Positions 50,985 through 64,000 of a stretch of 64,000 bases of DNA are shown piece by piece. Every line of letters begins with the position of its first letter. The first letter of the stretch is position 1. The DNA is from Camelus ferus (taxonomy: Eukaryota), in NCBI RefSeq assembly GCF_009834535.1, contig NC_045697.1, positions 71,674,001-71,738,000 on the forward strand, given 5' to 3'. The notes under the pieces were generated by a model. It was not told the origin of the DNA. It did not search any database and saw only the letters and a program-made list of their open reading frames with translations. The position numbers were made by a program, and so were the translations under genes.

Positions 50985-51890
50985 AAAAAGATTTATTGGA
51001 TATCAATCAGGGCACTAGGTCCTGTAGCATACCTTGAGGATACAAATATTAATGAAATGGACTCTGCCTTGAGCGACGTGACAGTGTGGTAAGTACTGAT
51101 ACTTGAGATGTCATCCAAACACTCTGAGGGGTCATCTATCCTCTCAGTTGTTTTCTGATGAACTGATAGGAGTTAACCAACTGAAGTAAAGACTGGACAT
51201 TCTAGCCCTAAAGTGTAGGCTGAGCAGAGGCCAGAAGTGAGAGAAAATACGATTTATTGGAAAAAACTAAAACATCTTTAATAACAAAGGCACCATGTGG
51301 TCTGTCACAGGAGAATTTACAAGATGAAAGGCTCAAAGTCAGTCTGACTGACAAATTAATCCTTAGTCCCTGGGACAGTAGGGACAGAGGTTTGGGCAGG
51401 AGAGTGACAGACAGTCATCAAGATTTAAAAAGAACATTCTGGCCACACGATGGAGAATGTGTTGTCAGCGAAATCCGATGCAAAGGGACCAATTAGATGA
51501 ATGAGGAGGAGGAGCTGAACTGAGATAGTGACAGAGGGGAAGGTGGGAGGCAGTCCTGTTAGCAAGGACTTAAGGTGACAGGACAGGAGGCCATGGTGGC
51601 AGCACTGATGGGGCAGAAAGTTTCTAGCACCTAAGTGCCTGGGGAAATGGTGTAGTGAGTGGTTCATAAAGAGGAAAGAGAAGTTCTGAGAGGGAAGTGT
51701 GCGCTCATTTGGGACAGGGACAGGTTGACTTGAAGTACCTGTTTTATATTCAAACTGAGATGCCAGTAGAAAGTGTGGTGCCAAGATCCAGATCTCGGTT
51801 TCAGGGGAGAGGTCTAGACCGCAGGTAGCGGTGCAGCAGAAGTAGTGGGGAATTCAGGGGGGCTGGGGAAGGTGACCTTGACCAAGCACA
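50985..51890 (-). mobile_element. L2 fragments
   Basis: aaagatttattg...gaggatacaaat, gctcatttgggacag...ttgaagtacctg and gggagaggtctagac. Confidence 0.6.
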
Positions 51891-51927
51891 CTTCAGAACA
51901 ATTAACAGAGAAAACATGAAATATCTC

Positions 51928-52146
51928 ATAGCCTAGTGATTAAATGCTCAAGCTCCCAAGCTTTACTACCCGGTTTTCTAGATATTAATTACGATTTAGC
52001 AGTTTTTATGTTTGAGAAAGTTAATTAATTTCTTTGCGCTTTAGTGTCCTTTGTAAAATGAGGTATAATAGCTAAGAGGATTAGATTAATTAATATGTGC
52101 AATTTGCTTTAAAAAGTGCCTGGAATTTGTGGATAACCAATAAATG
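51928..52146 (+). mobile_element. MIR SINE
   Basis: tagcctagtgattaaatgc...tttgtaaaatgaggtataata...aaagtgcctgg...aataaatg. Confidence 0.65.
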
Positions 52147-54439
52147 TGTGTGTATGCATGCGTGTGCATAGACCCTAACCTGAGACTTCTCAATATACTG
52201 GTTTTCCTTACAGAGTCAATGTGTCAATCAGCACATTTTAGTGTATGGCTTCTTGGTAAAAAACTACATGAGGAACAGAAGACATGGTACTCGCCAAAAA
52301 ATTCACTGTTTACAAGGGTTGTAAAAGCATAAAACAATAGTGGGTAATGATACATTTTCCCCAATCTCCCCTCTTTCCCTCAGCTTCACCTGTATCAGAC
52401 TTCCCTTGGCTCCTCCAGTGTCGTGGTCTCCCTTTCCTTAGGGAAGGGCCTCAGGACCTTTGCACCTGTGTCCTGCACACTTGGCCAACTTCCACCATCT
52501 GTACCTCAGCTTAAGCATCACTATCTCTGACCCCAGACTAAATTAGGCCCCATATTGTGTTTCCCAGAGGCCCTTATCCTCCTCAAAGCACTTTACTTAT
52601 TCATAGTTATTCAAGAACTCCGGAGAAGGAGAAGAAATCTGTGTGAATGAGAAGGACCAGGAGGAAGCCAGTGTGGACAAAACATGAAAGCATTTCAAGT
52701 GAATAGTAGTGCTCAGGTCCCAGATATTTTCTAAGAAGATGCTTCAGTTTTCCAAAGGGTGTGGCAAAGTTGTAGATGGAAAGAATTGTATGTGAGCTCC
52801 CAGAAGGCTGCTTTATTATACCTCTCCTCCAGCTTTGGGGGTTGAGGGGCTGGGCTGCTGATATACGTACTAAGGGCTGTTCACGTTCTGATTACATTAA
52901 AACACTTGGGGAAATTTTAAATAAGAATACTACTATGACACACCATGACTAAGCTTGCCTCGTTCATGATTTAAAGTGATTTTTATTATGGCCACGTGGA
53001 TTTACTTGAATTGACTTCGGAGAGGCTGTGTCTGTCACTAATAATCATTCTTTTCTTCTTCTATAGTTATGCAGATTATTATTACACATTTTCATTTGTT
53101 TGGGGGCAGGAGGGGCAAATATCTCTTGCACCCCGACTGTGTCTCAGGCTGTGTGTGTGCACTAAGTATGCGCCATGCTATTCGCCGATCAAAGCAACCT
53201 GATGAGGTATTATCTCAGTTTTACAGGTAAAACTTGTATCTTTACTTAAATGATACAGCATTTTTACTGGAAAGGGTAGTTCTTTCAAGTCAAAAATGAT
53301 TTAGTGAACCATGAATCAACAGAATTCATGAATCAGCGACAGCAAAGAAGACAGCTAGAATGTAACCCCAGAGTGAGCCGTACGGCTACGTGTCCTCACT
53401 CACCTCGAAAGACTTTATGTCAGTATCTTTAAGGCTCTTTTTCCATTGTGAGGAACCTCCACACCTTCTAGGCTCCAGCATCTTACTAGGTCTTGTAAGA
53501 AATATCGAGTAGGAGCAAGAAGGGGACAGATAGGTTTTCCCTGTATAGCTCCTCGTACTTTCAGAAACTTCTCATCAGATGCCTCACCATTGGGAGGTGA
53601 GCAGAACAGCATTTCATTATCTGCCTGTCAGTCTTTATTCTAACTAGGAAACGGAAGCGTTTGGGAGCCTGTGTGTTATTTCTGTCTCCTGCCCTTCTTG
53701 AAGCTTGTGACTTGAGAAAAGGAAGAAGGCATATATGGAAAGGGGACAGATAAACACACTAAAGCCTTCAAAGAGCAGTCTTCAGTTGCCTTGGCCTGCT
53801 GCGTGATAACGTGGTGCGCGTCTGCCGGGGAGGGATTGAGTGTCTCATGAAGGCTAGGAAAAAAAAAAACATTTAAAGCCGGTACATCCAGTGTCAGTTC
53901 CAAACTATACTGTAATCTGATACTTTTGTGGGGAAGGAATAAAAAAGAAGCTGAAACAATAAAACTGAACATTTGAGATGTTAAAGGCCATTACATTTTG
54001 GATATTTCAGGGAAGAATATTCTGAGCAAGAATATAGCAATCTAGTCAAATCAGTAACTGCCTCCCTGTTTTAGTCTCCTTTACCTTTCTTGTTCTCAAA
54101 ACGTCCCATCCTTGTTGGTCCTTTTGTGTTTGGCCACCTCCCATTATCTGCCAAACTCTGCCATCCTGGTGTGTCAAGGAAGCCATTAGGTGTGATGTTT
54201 ACTTCTCAGGGCAAACATCAAGGGTAGAAGAGCCCCCCTGTGCTTTTCAGGAGAAAGTAAGAAAGAGTCGATGTTAATAGAATGCATAACTCAGAGGTTT
54301 TAACATGACAAAAGCAAAGCTGCCACAGCGAGGTGAAAACACTGAAAAAAGATTTTACCAGGTAGGATGCATGAATGGAATATGGGAGTGGACGAAAGGC
54401 GGGTAATGAGAAGGTGTATAAATACGCAGTACCTGAATG

Positions 54440-54722
54440 GAGCATTTTAATATTATGTGCACTGTCCTCTCTGTGACACTTGTACTCCTGGTCCCTCTTC
54501 CTCTGCTCTGTTTTTTTTTTTTTTTCTCCTCAATGCCCATTACCTATTAACATACTAGACTTCTTTTTTTTTTAATTTATGTTGACTGTTTCCCTCCATC
54601 ATCCTCTAAAATCCACAATCACAGAAATTCTGCTCTGTTGTGTTCACTGTTATATCCAAGTGTGTAGAAAAGTGCCTGACACAAAGGAGATGCTCACTGT
54701 GTGTTTGTTGAATGAATGAATG
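54440..54722 (+). mobile_element. L2 3' end
   Basis: tgttcactgttatatccaagtgtgtagaaaagtgcctgacacaaaggagatgctc...tttgttgaatgaatgaatg. Confidence 0.8.
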
Positions 54723-57700
54723 GAAATGAGAAAGCTGAGAGTAGCAGCCTATTGAAACATATTTGTGCAAGCACAAGAGAGCCAGAAGAATGTGGCATAC
54801 CCTCTCCTAATGACTGTTTAAAACTGGCAAAAATACAAGGTATATTAGTGAGAGGGGACTCTGTTTATCCAGATAGCATGGGACTCTGTTCCTTGAGGAG
54901 TCACACAGGAGACATCTGTCCCTCACTCTGCAGAATTCATCTCTCAGAAGTTTGAACTAACAACAGTAATAAGCAAACCTAATTTGGGGATTATTAAATA
55001 GTAACAATAATCACAAGCAGATAATAAACATAATCCAATAAACACAAACCAATGAAATTTTAACCTTCCAATCACAATAAGAAAACATAGAGAGGAAATT
55101 TTATAAAGAAGTAAACGAAGTTTTATAGTAAGTTCTCCAATGAGCTCACATTTGAAGAGGCCATGTTGAGATCAGAGGAAAGGTGGCCAGGCCAGTAGGG
55201 GCAAATCTGAACAACGATTAGTGGTGTGAGTCATCTATGCATGTACCACCTTGTGTTTGGCACCTAACAGATGCTCTGAGGGATTTGTTAAGTTATGTTA
55301 ATTAAATCTATATTTGAGGAAATAAAAGCCAAGTGGAGGAAATTCTTTACCTGTGTTTCGACATGGAAGAATAAAGAAGGATCAGGTACTCTGCTTGGAG
55401 TAGTTGCTCTGATACTAACAGATGACAAAATACAGAGAGTTTTGTCTCCATCTCCCCTGATGTGAAGCACATTCGAACTAGAAAAGTCAAAGCAACATGA
55501 AGGATTTGAAAATTTAGAAGGGATTAAAGACCATCTCAGTCATTTAAATGAATCCAAGTTTGCAGGCTCAGTTGTATTACATGCTGGGTCACTGAAACAA
55601 AGACATCACTCTTGGTAATCTTTGAGAAAACATGGAAATTAGAGAGGTGCCAAGTTTGGCAAATATCTTGATTCTCCAGAAATAGCCTCACAACTGTGGA
55701 ATAACAAATACAGTGTCAATTCCCAGTGATATTTTGGAAAGCCATATGATTTATGAATATTGAGGGGAGAGAAGGCATTTACTAATAAAGTCATTATTCT
55801 CAGTAAGATCAGGAATGCAAAATAATGAACATTCTTTTTTGATAAGCTTAATAGTTTAGTCAAAATTTTCTAAGTTGAGCATTTTTTCCCATGGTTACAT
55901 CTTGGACAAAGAGAAGCAAAGCCTGAAAAATGAAACAGGTAGAGTCTTCACTTTCCAAATAACATTCTCCAGAGTGAATGAATGGACTGATAATCAGCCT
56001 GGAGACCTCGTAGTGGCTTGTTTTAAAATTTGTTACTTGCTCTTGCCTAGTCAACCTTTCTTTCTTCATTAACTTTAATAGGTACCCAAGTTTCTGAATA
56101 TCAATTTCTCAACTGGAATAAAGCTGAGAATAAGAAACATTCAACATTTATAAGGAATGCTGCTTTGCAGGCAGTTTGTCCAAAGAAATTGACTTCTTAG
56201 TGTATTAGAGATTTACTATCATATTTAAATTTTTTTGTGTGGGTGAACTTATTCTCTTCTTACACTCAAAGAATTAAAAAAAAAAAAAAGAAGAAGAAGG
56301 ACAGGGGACTTTTAACTTTCTCCATTCCAAATGACTTTCCAGGGAAATGAAAGAAAAACTGGCGCCCTTTATAGGACAGATAGGAAATACCGTACTCCAG
56401 CTGAGGACTGAGAATTCCTCGAATAGGTTGTCAGTTTGACAGGTATGTGCCCTTGGTGAAATGTGTCATACACTTAAGATCACAGTTAGTTAATTCTGAG
56501 TATTCATTAGGGTTTTCCCATTCATTCATAGTAGATGTATTCTGATGTGAAATTTACCAAAAACAATAGCTGGTTTCAGGGGCAGTGAGATGGAGGTTTG
56601 TGGTTGAAGATGCTGCTGATCGGTATCATGTGCTCTAGTTCTCAGTGGATTCGGGAGTGACACCCTCCTCCCAGGAGATCAATCAATGTGTGAACCCTTG
56701 GGTGTCCATGAGAGTCTGGAAATAGCAAACTTAACTGAAGGGTACCTTTAATTGAATTTACTAAAGATGTCTGTCAGGTTCAAAAAGCAACACAGATGCT
56801 TGAAGTCTGATTCATGAAAGCTCCAGGTGGCAATATTTTACATTATTGTTCCATGTGCATTGTAGATTTAGTGTTTGCATGTTTGTTCCTTATGATTCAT
56901 CAATTCATCCCATAAACCATGAAAATGTAAATTATAAAATTAAATCCTTGCATACACAGGAAAGAAAATATAATCCTGCTTTACATCTACTGTTCTGAAT
57001 AATTCCACTGAACTTTGGTTTCAGAAATCTTTTTTCTTTTACCCCCACCAAATAACATGATATTGCTTTAAGAATTCCAAATTTTCTTGTGTTTCCTTCT
57101 CATTTTCCTGCATTACAATAAAAGAATCAGTAATATAAAGTATTTTTGAAGACTATTTTCCCTCCCTTTCTGTGAGTCATTGAAAATCTCTTGAGGCTGA
57201 TACAATATTTTTGAATTATATTATATTTATTGTAACTGAAACCTAGAAGTGTCAAATCTAGGATGCTTATATTTTTAAAAACTCTATTGAAACAGTTAAT
57301 TTTAAACACTTTTCACAGTCAGTTGTTTTTCCAAGACACAGTTCTTTCCTTCTCAGGATTCATTCATTTTTAAACATTAATATATGCTTGCTCTATGCTA
57401 GACACTAGAAGTAATCATTACTATTGTAATTTTGTTATTAATTGGACACTGCAATTTGATACATTAAAGCAGTGAATGTGTATTATTTATTACTTTAATA
57501 AAAGTGCACTCATTTTTAAACCATCCCTGTCACCAGCATTTTGTAGGGAAAAGAGCAGTGTGGGCATAGCCCTACCAAAGAAGAAGATGACAAAAATCTT
57601 AAAATTGTAGTACTTTAAGGGACTGCTGCTAGATTGACACATGAAACTACTCGAGCCTGTACCTTGGATGCCATTGGTGCCTGCCCACATACGCCTTCCC

Positions 57701-58684
57701 TGGCCTGTGCACCACCCTCGGCAGAAGCGCCCTGTGAATGAGAACTTCCTTCCTCCCAAGGTTATGTCATCACGTAACAGGTTGCAAAGTTTCACAGCTG
57801 ACACTCAGATGTATAGATAAAACATCTGACTTAGATTTCCTCTTTTTCACACTGCCCTCATCTCAAAGGGTGAAGAGAGGAATGGTTTATTACGATCTAG
57901 TAAATTTAGTACAGTTCAGTAATCAAAGCAGTTATTCTAGGAAACTCAGCCTGCTGGATAACTTTTTCATATTTTCCCCTCACCCGTTCCTTCTGTCTAA
58001 ATGGCCTTGTTTTAAATAAGTGAAGCTGCGTCAGACTCATCTCATAAGAAACCTCCCCACCACCACTGCACCGTTGTTGCCAAGGCACAGTGCACATGGC
58101 GCCAGAAAGAAGGTTGGGGCCATCCTAGGCGTCTTGGTGTTTTGGAGCTCCTCCACCCAGGATGCTACATCCAACACCAAGAGGGGTCGTGGCTCCAGGA
58201 GAAGCCAGGAAGTTGACGTCTGACCTGAGCTATACCCTACAGCTGCCTTCCCACTGCAGGCCACCAAGTCTAGGAAAGCAGACTTTCCTGTTTCTCTTTA
58301 GGTCTAAGTGGGATTTTAGTTATGTAATGCTCCATGATCAGTCCACCAGGCCTGGCCTCAGATACAGTAATAGGTTCCAATGAATTTTAGAAAATTTTTT
58401 TCTGTTTCAATAAAATATGTCTTTGAAAATGAAACCTAAACGATAGCCTTGTTCTGTCCCCATCTTTGCTTTCTCTGTTAGGATAAGCCTCAGAGCAGTT
58501 TAGGCTTGAAAGTAGAGGGTGTAAGGAATATAATTTATATGAGAAATGGAAGTCTGTGCTATTAATATGTTCAAAATAACATTTATTTAGCACTTTCTAC
58601 ATGTAAGATTCTAAATTGCATTAAACCTTATAATATGAAATTCTCATATGATTCTGATAAAAATTATGGCATAAAATTTACTAT

Positions 58685-58805
58685 TCATAGTTTCAGGATG
58701 GGGATACAAGTAACTTTCCAAGATAACATAGCTGGTATATTGAAAACTTGAATTCAAACCCAGATCCATCTGACTTCAACATTCTTACTATTAACCACAA
58801 TACTC
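58685..58805 (-). mobile_element. MIR fragment
   Basis: aagtaactttccaagataacatagctggt...gaattcaaacccagatccatctgacttcaa...ttaaccac. Confidence 0.7.
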
Positions 58806-59020
58806 ACCACTGTCAAATCTCTCAAGATCACAATTTTTTTTTCTGTGAAATCATACATACTGCATATATATTATATGTGTGTATACATGTATATATAAAA
58901 CTATATGTGAAATATGTATCTGGTTAATGTAAGGGTGAGCAAGCAGACTTTGTGGTCAAGTTGCTTTTATTTGAATACGAGCTTCCCAAATGTTATCTGT
59001 ATGACCTTGAAATTAGTCCC

Positions 59021-59727
59021 TATCAGTATATGTTATTGATGTGTAAGAAACAACCACCAAAATGTTAGCTGAAAGCTGAAAGCAATAATCACCTGTTATT
59101 TTTCATAATTCTTTGGGGTGGCTAGATGGTTCTGCTAAACAGTGCTGTGCCTTGCTGTATTGACACCTGAGGCAAAAGGAAAATCAGGAATATTGAGCCT
59201 GCTTTGATTTAAAGTGTTGATATTTTGTTCATCATCGAATTTTGGCATCATAGAATTTTTAACTATTGCATTAACATATTATTTATTTTTATTTCTGAGT
59301 CTTCTGTTTGCCCCCTTAAAGTCTGCACTCAGTGCAAGGGCCTCACCCTAGTCCTGGCCCTGTCACTGAGGTTGGGCTCACTCTTGAGATTGTGGTCAGC
59401 TGACAGGTTAGCGGGGAGCTGACTAAGGAGCAGCAGAGAGGCAACGAGGATGACTGTGGTCATCTCACAGGCATGTGTCCCTTGTATCTTCCCCGCAGGC
59501 TAACTGGGTTGTCCTCTTGATGAACACAGAGACGTGAGACAGAATTCAGAGACATGCGAGCTCTTTTGCACATCTCTGCTCGCATCAAGTTTCCACTGGC
59601 CTGTGGCCAAACCAAGTCACAAGGGTAGAGTCAGTGTGGGAGGGGACCACAGAGTTATCACTTGCAAGACAAAAGACACGAATACAGGGAGGCCATTAAT
59701 TAGAACCAGAATGTAATCAATCTAACC
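59021..59727 (-). mobile_element. MLT1 (MaLR) solo LTR, itself interrupted by a hAT element
   Basis: tatcag...tgtgtaagaaacaaccaccaaaat, tggccaaaccaagtcacaagg...agagtcagtgtgggagggga and gaatacagggagg. 5-bp TSD gtccc/gtctc. Confidence 0.78.
59140..59362 (-). mobile_element. Non-autonomous hAT DNA transposon (subfamily not named with confidence)
   Basis: Imperfect inverted termini cagtgctgtg...cctggccctg. Internal ctgaggcaaaaggaaaatcag and ttgatattttgttcatcat. Confidence 0.65.
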
Positions 59728-60844
59728 GTCTCTCTAAGTCTCAGTTTCCTGAAATGTAAAATAAGAGTATCAGTGGACGCTACTACGTAAAATTGAGGTA
59801 CTGAATGAGTCATTTCTTATAAAGCTCTTAGTGTAATTCCTGGCACGTGCTAAACTTTCAACAGCAGCTAATATTTTACTGTGCCTGTGACTATGTGCTA
59901 GACTCTGAATGAACATTTTGAACAACAGGGAACAGGACTGTCCCTTGGTCTGAGGGAGAGAACACATGCTTCTGTTTTCTTACCTACTTAATAGAGGCAA
60001 GAAATGCACGAGATCGGTATGTAGACGTTAAATGTAGCGAATATGAGTGTGTCTGTCAGGGTGCATCCCGTACACAAACACCGAATGCTGTGTGAAACTG
60101 AGCCTGAATTTCTTTATCAAGAAGCACACGTGGCTTACCAAAGCAAAATGCTGGGGAAAAATGAAGATCAAGCATAGGCCACACGAGAGAAGCCTTGACT
60201 TACCTGGGATCCGACTGTCTCTAGAGCATCTTACGAATGTAACTGTGGGCAGGAACACCTATAGACTAAATATAGTTTAGGGAAGTGAAGTGTCTGTGCT
60301 GTGTGCCTGCACAGGTGAGACCCTAAGAAGTGTTATTCCCAGCGTTGCTGGAATTGCTGGGCTCCTTGCCTCTAGATGAGCTGACTGATGAAGGAAGGTG
60401 ATGAAGGATGTGACTGACTGGACCCACTGGTGGAGAATTTCCATTATTATGCTGTTTCTAGTTTCTTCCAGTGATAACTCTAAAATATGTAAGCCACACA
60501 AGAGAGGCAATGAGTATTAAATTTCAGGAAGGTGATATGTATAATGTGCCCCGTGGGTAAATGTTTGAAGAGTAGAGTAAGAAACTACGTGAATTCCTGG
60601 GATTCTGCAGATTTAAAGGGAAGCCGAGACCTAAACAGGTTAAAAAGTGATTGAGGCTGGGAATTGTCCAATGAATCCTGCCATCCTTTGGAACAGAACC
60701 CCCAGGTGAGTGCCCCAGTAAGGGAGGACACATTGTCCTATGCAGAAATATTCTTGCTCTTCTTTCAAAAACGAAATTTTTCAAATGTACTTAATTGCAG
60801 CATCATATTGGGAAAAATTCAAGTCAAATTTATAGTTTAAAAAA

Positions 60845-61505
60845 TGCTGAATCTGCATCCCTAAAGTATGAGCTACACATAGTATACAGACTTCCTTCTA
60901 AAAATTACAATATGAAGTAGGGGTGTGGAGGGGTGTGGGGTAGCTTTACAGTGGAGAAACCTGGCAAACACACAGCCAGGTGATCAAGGATAACAGCTGG
61001 TTATCCTTGGCGAGTTGTGCTGAGAGTCTGCACCAGTGATGTGATGTGATGTGCTGAGACTGGCACTACACTTAATATGGTCTCTCTCCTCCAAACCGAT
61101 AACCTCCATCTAATCATGAGAAAAACATCAAAGTCCCTCTTGAGGGTCATTCTACAAACCACTGACCAGTAATTCTTATCACTAAGAAGTCATTAAAAAC
61201 AAGGAAAGTTTGAGAAACTGTTACAGTCAGGAGGAGCCTTAGGAGACACGGCAGCCAAATGCAATGTAGTGTCCTGGGTGAGAGCCAGAAAAGGGCATTA
61301 GGTAAAAACCAAGGAAACCTGAATAAAATATGGACTTTAATTAATAGTCATGGACCAATATTGGTTCACTAGTCAAGAAAATATGCCATACTAATGTCAG
61401 ATATTAATAACAGAAAACTGGATGCAGAGTCCATGGGAGCTCTCTCCTGTCTTTACATTTTTTCTTTAAATCTAAAACTGTTTAAAATGAAGAGATTATT
61501 TTAAA
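60845..61505 (+). mobile_element. L1MC/L1MD-type 3'UTR fragment
   Basis: tttacagtggagaaacctggcaaacac, tctaatcatgagaaaaacatca, aaaacaaggaaagtttgagaaactgttacag and taaatctaaaactgttttaaaat. Confidence 0.85.
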
Positions 61506-63871
61506 GACTAATTCTAACTTACACTTCGGTTAAGAACCCAGAATTTTTTTTTTTAAAACAAAGCATAAAAAATGAGTTTTTAGAAAAATGTGAAAAATTT
61601 TTTATTTGACAATTATGTAATTTTTCTATTTACCAAGGACTATTTTCATAAACTTCAGCCCAAACACCAATTACATGGTGAGTTAAGAGATAATTAGAAG
61701 CAGTTGCATTAACAGTTAACACCTCAAGTTGAAGTATTTTATAACTTTTTTCTTTATTTTGTGCACTGTTATTCTACAGTACCTTGAACAAAATCTAAAA
61801 TATTATTGTTTTTGCCATTTGAAATTCAAAAGATCTTAGCTTAGAATATCCCTTTGTAAGAAACACAAATCCTTAGATTTACTCGCTTATGTAATACAGA
61901 GATTCATAGACTATGAGGAGAAATCAGAGAAACAAAAGTGCTGGTTTTGACATTTTTTAAATATTGGTTTTGCTGCAATATAGCCAAGTACAAGAGGATA
62001 CCTGTAACTGTTACTCCGCTCTTCAATGTGGAAACTAAGGATAATTATTAAATTGCAAACTAAGCAATAGAAAGTAACCTAAAAATATTTACTTGGATTT
62101 TCCTTCAGCAGTCTAGCCAAAATAACTGTTAATACAAATGATTCTTTGTTTTTAGTTGTTATGCTCTGAGCTCTTTCACATTTATAAAACAAAAGAATCA
62201 TAAATGCATGCTAGTCAGTAGAAGAACTTGGACCTTGTATTATTTCAGAGCTCAGCTACAGCAAGGGGATGGCCACATGCTGTTTTAGTGTATTTCCCTC
62301 TAGACCAAAGTGAGTACCTGATGGATGCTTCTTAACAGCTGTCTAGTTTCTGGGCCATCTACTTGTGGCTTTAATCTATTACAGAAATAAATAAATGACC
62401 CAACGTACTAGAGCACATTCTGTCTAAGTATGCATGCCTTCGTGTGTGTGCTAATAGAATAACAGGCTTTCCAGTTACTGTGATTATCTGGATTTATCTT
62501 CAGAGTGAAGTTTCCTGACAGCAAGAATCATCTCATGTAAACACTGGATTCCCTGGAATTGCTCTTAATAAAAAAAATAGAACTTTAGCAAAAAGGACAT
62601 TTATATTTAGTAATTCTGTACTAGTTATAATGAAAATAGTAATAACAATCAAAATAACTATCATTTATTGAGTACTTAGTATATGCTTATATGTGTTAAA
62701 AATCCATTATATTGTAGCTCTGAAGACAGAAATTTGTCTGTTTGGACTACTGTCCTGTCTCCAGCATCTAAAACATTAGCACATGCATAGTTGTCAGTAA
62801 TTGTCAGTAAATGAATGCCACATCTTGGTTATAGCAAATTAATGAGGCAGATGTTTTGTGCTGGACATATTCGCAAAAGTGGGATGAGCTGTTATTACAC
62901 TTCTTTTCACAGTTAAAGCAGATTTTCACATCCAGGACTTGATGATGTCAAGCCCGTACTCTTCCCATATTCCTGCATTGCCACGTTCCATTTATGCCAG
63001 GTGATTTTTAAATATAATTAAAATCAAACCAATCATTTTGATGTCCTTAGCTTTTTATTTTATTTTTTTTAATGAACTGACAACTAAAGAGAAAAAAACA
63101 AAAATCTTGGCACTAATGATTAACGATCAGTGAGGGGCCAGGAAAGGCCTTTGGCCTACCCCTGCACCAAGACAAGGCCAGTCCCTCCACCAGGACTCAG
63201 ATGACAGAAGTGGAATGAAATGAAAAAGAAATTCTGTTACCTGAAGCCACACGACGTGTAAGAACCCTGGGGTAATACGGTAGTGCTCTTCCATCCATAC
63301 AGTTGATGTTATTAAGATGAGAACAAAGGTAGCATAAAATAATAGGTGAGTAGGGATTGAAATGTTCCCATCTATTTTTTCCCATCTCTTGTCATATTTA
63401 TAGAAAATGCCTTGTGCAGAACACTTAATCTTGAAAGAGTGAACAGTGAGAAACCTGCCCACGGTCACAGCATCTCTCCTTGCTCCGTGCGTATCAAGAG
63501 CACAATATGGCAGGACTGCTTGGAGAGAATAGACTGATGAGAGGAGGTTTGTGGAGCAGACGATCAGAGCACTCTGAAATGTTGCAGCAGACTTGCTAGC
63601 CCACATTATTACTTGTTTCCTCAATCCATTTAGCAAAAAAGCCGTGTTCGGAACTCATGCAGCTTAAAAGTGCCACCCACTGCCCTTCTCCTGCTGCACC
63701 TCCCTCCCTCCCTTCTTGATTGCGGACACTCGATATCTCATAGCTCATTTTCATCTGCATTGTAAGTTGTGACTTTTATAAAATAAAGAGATAGCCTTAT
63801 GTTTTGTGAATGATAAGATGGTACATATGTTGAGCCTAATATTTCCCGGCTGTCTTGTACCTCCTGCCTTC

Positions 63872-64000
63872 TGTATTTGTGTCCTGTGGCTGTTATAACA
63901 AATTACCACAAACTGTGTAGCTTAAAACAATGAATATTTATTCTCTCATGGTCCTGGAGGCTAGACTCATAAAATCAAGGTTGATTCCTTCTCAAGGCTC
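63872..64000 (-). mobile_element. MLT1A/B/C-type LTR, cut by the window end
   Basis: tgtatttgtgtcctgtggctgttataacaaattaccacaaactg...gcttaaaacaa...tttattctctca...tggaggctag. Confidence 0.8.

Larger units (their letters stand above)
58925..59876 (+). mobile_element. MIR split by an LTR insertion (halves about 58925-59020 and about 59728-59876)
   Basis: The left half ends tctgtatgaccttgaaattagtccc. The right half resumes gtctctctaagtctcagtttcctgaaatgtaaaat...cctggcacg. Confidence 0.7.
24441..64000 (+). other. BANK1: BANK1 large intron continuing beyond the window end
   Basis: Begins GTAAGT. I found no match to the next expected peptide (human IQEIDINNEQENDYEED) in the remainder. Confidence 0.75.

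Noticed and set aside
63127..63636. Longest ORF (169 aa, minus strand)
   Set aside because: No recognisable domain or codon pattern, and no true ATG start. Compatible with chance.
1..64000. Prokaryote-type novel system (operon, CRISPR, defence island)
   Set aside because: The sequence is a mammalian intron-dominated locus with no long ORFs or repeat-spacer arrays.

Overview
This is mammalian genomic DNA (AT-rich, CpG-poor, intronic), not prokaryotic. It covers part of BANK1 (B-cell scaffold protein with ankyrin repeats 1) on the + strand. Two coding exons are visible: 2933-3038 (106 bp) and 24244-24440 (197 bp, ankyrin repeats). They match my recollection of human exons 6 and 7, are separated by a 21.2-kb intron, and are followed by at least 39.5 kb with no further recognisable exon. 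The rest is intron filled with ancient eutherian repeats (MIR, L2, old L1, MLT1/MLT2 and ERV1 solo LTRs, MER5, MER82, hAT elements). There is one truncated L1 with a TSD and one tRNA-Ala-derived SINE of the camelid Vic-1 type, which points to a camel, alpaca or llama genome. Almost all ORFs in the supplied track are spurious. I found no evidence of a novel multi-gene system; the findings are modest splicing, regulatory and insertion-history observations. Repeat family names come from recalled consensus motifs and repeat boundaries are approximate unless a TSD or terminus is quoted.
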